Origin: Massalongia carnosa
Taxonomy: Eukaryota
Direction: 5' to 3'
DNA length: 64,000 nt
Assembly: GCA_965645245.1 (NCBI GenBank)
Contig: OZ287087.1
Coordinates: 1,054,001-1,118,000, forward strand
The notes beneath the pieces were generated by a model. The model was not told where the DNA came from, did not search any database, and saw only the letters and a program-made list of their open reading frames with translations. Below are positions 54,763 through 64,000 of the stretch, piece by piece; within the stretch, counting starts at the first letter, position 1; the number at the start of each line of letters is the position of its first letter. The position numbers were made by a program, and so were the translations under genes.

Positions 54763-56336
54763 ATGTTCAATCCGGTACTCCCTAGGACTCGACGAATTAT
54801 ATCGAGAGCCTCCCCGGGAACACCCCTGAGCACTCCTCAAAACCCTCCCCAAATGGAATCTCCGGGGCTCTCGTCAGTAGGACTTACAGAAAAATCGCCT
54901 GTACTTGACGAGCCTATGGATCAATCACATGAATATTCGTCCGCCCCGACTACGCCGACCCCAAAAGCAACCAAATTCCCATCTGGACAATTTACTACCA
55001 ATCTACCCTTGCCATCGTTAAATTCTAATAGGGATTAAGCCCGCCCATCAAACGTAACAAACGAAAAACATTCGACGAACGAGTAGAGGAAAGCCAAGAA
55101 GCAATCAATCGAGCACAATCGATTGGATTACTCAAAACGGCTAAAACCGCGTTATTGAAGTCATTTGTCTTAGATCAAAATCCAGAAACAGCAATAGTCA
55201 TTGATAATGTCAATTCCTTATTGACAAAAAAATCAATTAATATCAAAACAACACTAGACATGATGAATTGGAAATTGGACAAGGTAATTGATCAGACTAG
55301 TAATCGAACCTCAGAAACAACGCGAAAATCGACTCGGGTTCAACAAGTCAATATGACTGAAAATCCAAATAAAGTCGTCAACACGAACGCACGAAAGGAA
55401 ACCGCCGGGGTTACGAGTACAAAGGTCAATAACACGCCTCCATCCTGGAGTCAAATGCTTGGAAAAGCAACTGCGAATTCCGAAAATTGGACCACTGTTT
55501 CCAGATCGAAAAATTCGAGTCAAACCTCGAACAAACTCGACAAAACCGACGAATTAAATGCAATCAAACTCAGACGACTGATAATTACAGCAAAAATTCA
55601 AATCGGCGATATCGATTCATTGAAACTTCGAGATCAAATCAACGCGCAATTCAGCAACGCGAAGTTAGATATCGTAATCAACACGGTCGAAAAATCGAAA
55701 ACCGGTCAGAATATCGTTCTCACTACTAGTTCGAAAAACACTGCTGCAGAATTGTTGGAAAACAAATCTATATGGGAACATATGTTCGATGCACAAAGAA
55801 TTCGAAAAGACGAATCCTGGTTTAAAGTGATCGCACATGGAGTAAATATTGCAACGTTTGATCAAAATATGCAATTTTTGCAAAATGAAATCCAGAAATT
55901 CAACCTTAACATGGAATTATGCGATTTACCCAGATGGCTAGCGCGAGATCGCGAAAATAAAGTCAAATCTTCGGTCGTTTTGACTTTTAACGATCGAAAT
56001 CAGGCCTTAAACGCGTTAAAAGGCGTAAATATCGCGGGAAAACACTGTGACACGGAAATATTTACTTCCATTCGTCCGAATACACAAGGTATTAATTGTC
56101 AAAAATTCGGACACAAGCATTATCAGTGTCGAAACAAATCAAAATGCAATATTTGTGCACAAAATCATGAAACACGTAATCATGAATGCGTAACACGCAA
56201 ATCGAAAACTGCGTGTGCACACGTTGTTGTGAAATGTGCAAACAGCAATAAAAATCATCAATCAAATGATGAACATTGTGAAATGTTTACTGCATTAAAT
56301 CCACGAAAATCGGCTGACGAATTATCCGCCTTATAA
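54763..56336 (+). pseudogene. LINE-A ORF1, frameshift near 55031
   Basis: ORFs 54763..55038 and 55155..56336 together match the 15826 and 29445 ORF1 copies; several knuckle cysteines mutated. Confidence 0.9.
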
Positions 56337-59300
56337 TGGCAGGACAGCATTCGTTGGCAAATATAGAAAATACTCACAATGTCAAATTTATTCAACACAA
56401 CTGTGGAAGGTCAACGAATGCAATGATTTCGTGTTTGGAATATGCTTTATCAAATCAAATTGATATTGTTTTGTTTCAGGAACCATGGACACGAGATCAA
56501 AAAACAATATAACATCCGTCATTTACATGCATTATGCCGAAAATAGCAACTTATCGCTCGAGAGTAGCTATATTTGTCACAAAATGCAATCCCAAACTGC
56601 AATGCACGCCTAGAACGGATCTTATTGACGATTCCGATATGCATATTATTGAAATTACAATTGATGAAGTTCGAAAAGTGCAGATTTTCAATATTTATAA
56701 CGAAAAAAGTCAAAATGATCGAGAAACATACACGATCGATCGACTTTTAATCAAATATCAACCTACATCAACTAATCAATTCATCATATGTGAAGATTTC
56801 AATGCACATCATAACTGGTGGAATTCGAAAATTCAACATGCAATTCGATCAGAAAATTTAGTCAAATGGTTGAAAATAAACAAATGTAGTTTGATAAACA
56901 CACCTGATTTATGCACATTCTACGCCCATTCTGGAAGTTCATCATCTGTTATTGATTTAACATTTGCAAATTCCAAAATCGAAAATGCACTTACAAACTG
57001 GGCAATCGATGAAAACGCAGTCACAGGTTCAGATCATGAAGTCATCCGATTTGAACTAATCGCATCTTTCAAGAATTTGACGTCACATGCAACCGCATTA
57101 TCGAATAAATACAATTGTAATAAAGCCGATTGGAATAAATTCGCGAAGTTTCTAGACGAAAATTCAATCAACTACGAATCAAAAGTTCAAAGTTTATTGA
57201 ATAATCATCAATTCGACGAATCAGCGATATATTTGCAAAACGTTATCAAAAACGCGGCTGAAATGTTTATTCCGAAAACGAAAATTTGTGCAAAATCGAA
57301 AAATTGGTGGTCGCAAGATTTAACTGAACTTCGAAAAACCATTTGCAGACATCGTCGAGAATGGAAGAATTATCCGTCCGATTTTAGTCATCGGACGTTT
57401 AAACATAGTCGAATCGAGTATTTTAATGCAATTCGAAAAGCAAAACAACAAACATGGTTGACTTTTCTAGAAAATGCAGCGAATAAAGACGTGTTTACCG
57501 CGTATAAATATACTAAACCGCGCATATTCGAAAAAATGCCGCCGATTCTACATGAAAATAAGCTTAATGTTCAGTTTGATGACAAATGCGATGCGTTTGT
57601 GTCAGCAATGTACACAAAAAACCCATTTATAGACGATAATGTCGAAGATTTACCAAATCAAGACAGCGAAAATGATGATAATTGGCCAGATTTGACCGAA
57701 AACGAGCTGCAAAATGCGATTAATTTATTTAATCCGAAGAAAGCATGTGGACCTGATGCAATCAATATTACAATTGTTCAAAAATCGTTTCAATCGTTGA
57801 AAAACGTGTTTTTCATGATTTATTCGAAGTTCATTCGAATCGGTTATCACCCGTTATGCTGGCGGACAAGACTCGGTGCAGTTCTGAAAAAACCTAATAA
57901 ATCAGACTATTCGCTATCAAAATCATATCGAATTATCACATTACTAAATTGTCTTGGTAAAATTGCTGAGAAAATCGTTGCAAATCGACTAGCCTACTTC
58001 GGCGAAAATTCGAATTTACTAGATATCGAACAGATAGGCGGACGCAAAAATCATTCTGCAATTGACGCAGTAATGAACGTCGTTCATGATATCGAAATTG
58101 CGAATCGAAATAAAAGCGTTTTATCCTGTTTATTACTCGATGTCAAAGGCGCATTTGACTTTGTCTCGATTAATCAACTGCTAAATGTCATGAAAAAGCT
58201 GAAATTATCTCGCATAATAATTCAATGGGTCAAGCATTTCATGACAAAACGATCGATCAACTTGATATTCGATGAATACAAAAGCAAAACATATTATGTC
58301 GAATCAGGAATTCCACAAGGTTCACCAATCTCGCCTATTCTATTTCTGATTTACATTCGTCACTTGTTTCCGAAAATACGAATGAAATTTAATGCACATT
58401 CTCCCAGTTTTATTGACGATGTTGCAATATATGTCGAAAATAAAACTGCAAAACAAAATTGCAAAGAAATCGAAATCATAGTCAAAACAGCTTTTGATTG
58501 GGCCGCATCGAATAATGTCAAATTTTATGACGATAAATCCGAGCTGATTCACTTCGAAAAGACAAGAAATGTATCGAAAGACACATTGGAATTACCAAAC
58601 GGGACAGTACTAGAACCGAAAAATGTAGTCAAATGGTTTCGCGTCTGGTTAGACCGGAAACTGAATTTCAAAAAACACGTCGAAACGCGAATCTCTTCTG
58701 CGAATCGATCGTTTTTTGCAATTCAGAATTTGATGAAATCCGAATGGGGTCTGAAACCGACCGCATGCAGACAGCTCTATTTGTCATGCATTATTCCTAT
58801 TTCGGACTATGGCTCAGAAATTTGGTATAATGGTCAAAAGAAATATGAAAAACTATTTCAGAACCTACAAAATCGAATGATTCGAAAGATTTTAGGAACT
58901 TTCAAAACCACACCTATTCAGGCGATGGAAATTGAATCACATGTTTTACCAGTTAAACTTCGATTATTAATGAAAAATCAAAAATACGCAATTCGATTAT
59001 TGAAGATTGCCGAAAATAACCCTATTTGTCAAAGAATTCCAAATACATATTCGATAAAATTCGAAAACATCGGTTTTGACACTAGTTTATGGAACAACAA
59101 ATATGCCGAATGGAACGAAGACGAAAAACAAACAAATAAACGACATCCTAGTCAGCTCATTCGCGTTCTTCATTCCGTTTCCGACATAGTTCACAAAACT
59201 GATGAGTTTGAACAATCAAATCATTTTATTAAACCTTGGAAATCGCCGTGCAAAATCGAATTTCAAATCGAAAATACAAAGGAATCTGCTAAATCAAGTT

Positions 59301-60348
59301 ATTATTCGACCTTATCCAAAATTCAATCAATGAACTCCGATAAATCCCGAGTTTTACTTTATACGGATGGATCAAAAATCGAATTTGCAACGTCTGCAGT
59401 CACATTTGCGCCAATTATGAGGAATTGGAGTAGTATTATCAATAATTTTGATCGATTTATCGAAAAAGATTGTCTGATCAAGTATCATACGATTTCGAAA
59501 AGCTGGAAATTAAGCAAACAGTCAAGCATTAAAAATGCTGAACTGCATGCAATATTACAAGCAATGAAATGGGTCTATAAATTGTCTAATACTAATATTT
59601 TATCGAACTTGGAAAAAACGATTTGGATTTTTTCTGATAGTATAAACGCGATAAACGAAATTCAGAACTTGAAAAATCATATTTTCGCAAGACAAATTCG
59701 AAAGCTCGCAAAACGCTTATTTGAAAGCAATTATCAGGTGATTTTGCAATGGGTTCCGAGTCATTCAAATATTACCGAAAACGAAATTGCAGACAAAATA
59801 GCAAAGACGGGCCATAATCAAATCCTAGTCGAGTCCTCGCCTATAACATTGATTATGTAAAAGATCAAATAAATCAAAATATGCTAACCACATGGACGAA
59901 TCAATGGCAACAATGCAAATCAAAAGGCAAATACTACGAGAAATTCGAAATGAAACCTGGCATATCGAGATTTTATTATTTATCAAACAACTGTTCCAAA
60001 TTGATATTTGCTACTATTATGCAATTAAACTTCGGACACGGCTATTTTCGATCATATTTACATCGATTGAAAGATTATAATTCGTCAAAATGCTCAAATC
60101 GATGCAATCAACGACAAACGCCAGAACACTTGTTATAGAATTGCATTCACTATTTCGATGAAATTCAAAACATGAAACAAACCATCGATACTACGATCAA
60201 CTTGAATATGTTGTTTAATCCAAAAATCGGAAATGACATTTTGATTAAATTCATTGTCAATAACAAAATCGCGACTAGAAAATGGATACTAGGTCAGCTT
60301 GATGACGATATTTTCGAAACTGGAGGTTGGGGAGAGATCGAACAGTAA
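56336..60348 (+). pseudogene. LINE-A ORF2 (APE-RT-RNaseH-CCHC), nearly intact; stop near 56510, frameshift near 59850, stop at 60136
   Basis: 1108-aa ORF 56534..59860 with GSDH, PQGSPISP, FIDD, YTDGS, AELHAI, IFSDS, WVPSH, NEIAD. Confidence 0.95.
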
Positions 60349-61721
60349 AATCAGAAACGATTTATGCTGAAACAGTTACGAACTTACAAAGATAAATTGT
60401 AAAATCGATAATTTTCGATTACTATAGGTTGTTACTAACACGGAGTAAAAATGGGGAAAAATTGACGATACATAGATGGGTTATAAAGGGTTGATTTATT
60501 TGTAATATAGAAACATATCCTAAAATAGTTTAGTGTCATAACCTTAGGTTGAATACACTTATTGAATAAATAAAAAAAAAAGGGTGTGACCCTACACTAT
60601 GTGTCTATATGTTTTATTTCTTTCAGCCGGAGGGCTTCTTGTTGTAGACGAAGGAGACCCGTGTGACAGACATAGCTGACCCGTGTCGTAAGTCTTTAGC
60701 TCTCAGCCGATGACTGCATGAAAGGACTTGAACCTTTAAGAGTATGACTGAACGTTGTTAACGAGGTCTATGAAAATCTTATTAACGAGTCTTCGAGAAC
60801 AATATTAACGAAGTTCCGCTGAACTCTTTTCATTCGTTTTGTGATCCATCGAGGTCTACCCGTGTCAAATCCACACCATGCCCGTGTCAAAATGCATCAT
60901 TTTCAGCTGATGACTCCTAGAAAGGACTTGAACCTCTAAAAATATGTACGCCGATATTAACGGGATGCAGATCTGTCTTAACGAGCCCCCGCAGAACCCC
61001 GTTCACAGGGACGTGTTATTAATTTGTGACTGTGTTTTTTGTGACTGTGTGTTTTGTGACAGTGTGTTTTGTGACTGTGTGTTTTTTGCCTGTGTGTTTG
61101 TGACTGTATGTTTGTGACTATGTACTTTGTGACTTTGTGCTTTGTACAACTTGTGATTGATGACTATTTGTTTTGTGACTCTGTGTTTTCCTCGATTTTA
61201 TTTAACAGGCCGGGCCTATTAAATGGAATATTGTTATTCTGCTCCGAGATGGAGTTTTCTTGAGGTGACAGCATTCGCCCCGGTGTCTTTACGCGTTCTG
61301 TTGATCCCAGCTGATGACTGCATGGGGAGACTTGAACTCTCAGGAGCTAGAACGCGTGTCGATTGTGCCCGGGTGGGGGATGATGCGGCTCCTTTGGTCC
61401 ACATATTCTTCCAGCTGATGACTGCATGAAGGGACTTGAACCCTTAGAAGCATAGTGCAGGGACGCGCGCATTCTAACCCCTGGCTGTTGGCCTTCGTAT
61501 CGTTTTCCGTACGTACGTCTGCGACGCGTGTGAACTCGTCAAATTAGCATTGTTTTGATGCGAAAAGATAGGAGCAAATCTATGTTTGTCGGTCGCTCCA
61601 CGGTGAGGCCTTTGGCGTCTCCGTGGTGAGAACCGATGGTGTAGAAGGAGGAGGACCGATATATAATAATGTGATAGTAAATGTGATAGTAAATGTGATA
61701 TTAATTTAAATGATGCGGTGG

Positions 61722-62839
61722 TAGTAACAACCTATAGTAATCGAAGAATATCGAATTTACAATTTGTCTTCGTAAGTTCGTGAATGTTTCAGCATAAATC
61801 GTTTCTGATTTTACTGTTCGATCTCTCCCTAACCTCCAGTTTCGAAATTCTAGTCATCAAGCTGACCTAGTATCTATTTTCTTGTCGCGATTTAGTTATT
61901 GACAATGAATTTAATCAAAATGTCATTTCCGATTTTTGTATTAAACAACATATTCAAGTTGATCGTAGTATCGATATTTTGTTTCATGTTTTGAATTTTA
62001 TCGAAATAGTGAATGCAATTCAATAACAAGTGTTCTGGCGTTTGTCGTTGATTGCATCGATTTGTGCATTTTGACGAATTATAATCTTTCAATCGCTGTA
62101 AATATGATCGAAAATTGCCGTGTCCGAATTATAATTGCATAATAGTAGCAAATATCAATTTGGAACAGTTGTTTGGTAAATAAAAAAATCTCAATATGCC
62201 AGGTTTCATTTCGCATTTCTCGTAGTATTTGCCTTTTGATTTGCATTGTTGCCATTGATTCGTCCATGTGGTTAGCATATTTTGATTTATTTGATCTTTT
62301 ACATAGTCAAATGTTATCACTGAGGACTCGACTAGTATTCGATTATGTCCCGTCTTTGCTGTTTTGTTTGCAATTTCGTTTTCGGTAATTTTCGAATGAC
62401 TCGGAATCCATTGCAAAATCACCTGATAATTGCTTTCAAATAAGCGTTTTGCGAGCTTTCGAATTTGTCTTGCGAAAATATGATTTGTCAAGTTCTGAAT
62501 TTCATTTATCGCGTTTATGCTATCAGAAAAAATCCAAATGATTTTTTCTAAGTTCGATAAAATATTAGTATTCGACAATTTATAGACCCATTTCATTGCT
62601 TGTAAAATCGCATGCAGTTCAGCATTTTTATTGACTGTTTGCTTAATTTCCAGCTTTTCGAAATCGTATGATACTTGATCAGAGAATCTTTTTCGATAAA
62701 TCGATTAAAATTATTGATAATACTACTCCAATTCCTTATAATTGGCGCAAATGTGACTGCAGACGTTGCAAATTCGATTTTCGATCCATCTGTATAAATT
62801 AAAACTCCGGATTTATCGGAGTTCATTGATTTAATTTTG
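61722..62839 (-). mobile_element. LINE-A 3' fragment (RNase H to mid 3' UTR)
   Basis: ORFs 62593..62826, 62129..62596, 61892..62092. Confidence 0.9.
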
Positions 62840-64000
62840 TTTTTTTATTTATTTATTCATTAAGTTTATTCAACCTAAGATTATGACACTAAACTATTTT
62901 AAGATATGGTTTTATTTTACAAATAAATCAACCCTTTATAACCCAACTATGTATGGTCAATATTGCCCCGTTTTTACTCCGTGTTAGTAACAACCTTTAG
63001 TAATCGAAATATCGATTTTAAAATTTGTTTTTGTAAAGCTCGTAAATATTCCAGCATAAATCATTTCTAATTTTACTGTTCGATCTCTCCCCAACCTCCC
63101 GTTTCGAGATTTTCGTCATCGAGCTGACCTAGGATCCATTTTCTAGTCGCGATTTTGTTATCAACAATAAATTTAATCAAAATATTATTTCCGATCCTAG
63201 TATTAAACAACATTTTTAAAGTAATTGTGGTATCGATATTTTGTTTCATGTTTAGGATTTCATTTGAATAATATATGCAATTCATCAATAAGTGTTCTGG
63301 CGTTTGACGTTCGTTGTAGCGCCCTGTGCATTTTGACGAATTATAATCTTTCGATCGGTGCAGATATGATCGAAAATAACCGTGTCCGAATTTCATTTGC
63401 ATAATTGTTGCAAATATTAATTTAGAACAATTATTCTACAGATAATAAAAACTCGATTTGCCCGGCTGCATTTCGAATTTCTCATAGTATTTGCCTTTTG
63501 ACTTGCATTGTTGCCATTGATTCGCCCATGTGGCTAACATATTTCGATTTATTTGACCCTTTACATAATCAAATTTTATAATCGAAGACTCGATTAGGAT
63601 TCGACTATGTCCCGCTTTAGCTGCTTTATCTGCAATTTCATTTTCGACGATTTTCGAATGACTAGGAATCCATTGTAGAACCACCTGATAATTGTTTCCG
63701 AATAAGCATTACGAGAATTTTCGAATTGTTTTGCGTATGTATGATTTGTCAAGTTCTGAATTTCGTTTATCGCGTTTATGCTATCGGAAAAAATCCAAAT
63801 CGTTTTTTCCAAATTGAAGAGAATATTCGCAATTGTCAATTTGTATGCCCATTTTATTGCTTGTAGTATCGCATACAGTTCAGCGTTTTTAACGCTTGAC
63901 TTTTTGTTTAATTTCCAGCTTTTCGAAATCGTATGATGTTTGAGGAGACAATCTTTTTCGATAAAACGATTGAAGTTATCGGTGAAATTGTTCCAATTTC
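62840..64000 (-). mobile_element. 3' end of a LINE-A second-subfamily copy, running off the window
   Basis: Antisense tail at 62840; ORFs 63073..63402 and 63436..63684 match ~33900-34790. Confidence 0.9.

Larger units (their letters stand above)
53844..60580 (+). mobile_element. Full-length LINE-A (~6.74 kb) with 14-bp TSD AGGGTGTGACCCTA
   Basis: TSD at 53830-53843 and 60581-60594; empty site visible at 26585-26598; 5' UTR, ORF1, ORF2, 3' UTR and poly-A all present. Confidence 0.97.
53398..61660. repeat. Unclassified non-coding repeat, copy B (53398-53843 and 60581-61660), split by a full-length LINE-A
   Basis: Collinear with 26154-27650. Confidence 0.88.

Noticed and set aside
61661..61721. 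AATGTGATAGTA tandem (~3 units)
   Set aside because: Short low-complexity filler between elements; origin not assignable
1..64000. Host genes or prokaryotic systems
   Set aside because: All long ORFs are explained by retrotransposon domains, and no unassigned gap holds a credible gene

Overview
Eukaryotic, almost certainly fungal (ascomycete) DNA made up of nested transposable elements. I recognised no host gene, rRNA, complete tRNA or CRISPR array. The density and mix of elements resemble a TE-expanded genome such as a powdery mildew, but that is inference. Contents: (1) three different Ty3/Gypsy LTR-retrotransposon families: a head-to-tail tandem sharing an LTR at 1-7250, a degenerate truncated copy at 9929-14941, and a complete TSD-flanked copy at 18235-24819, plus a 1031-bp solo LTR; (2) about 13 full or partial copies of an AT-rich Tad1-like LINE ('LINE-A': ORF1 zinc knuckles; ORF2 APE-RT-RNaseH-CCHC), mostly inserted into each other; (3) one near-intact LINE of a second family ('LINE-B', 43628-48893); (4) a Tc1/mariner-like fragment; (5) two copies of an unclassified ~1.9-kb non-coding repeat. 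This last repeat is the most unusual feature. It carries four covarying structured modules that read as hammerhead-like on the + strand and as T-arm/B-box-like on the - strand. Other notable signals: all three Ty3 families have self-priming PBS complementarity and the same G-GGA-AAA -1 frameshift site, and LINE-A has a 919-nt ATG-free 5' UTR with covarying stems. All comparisons were made by eye, and fragment boundaries are approximate unless a TSD fixes them.
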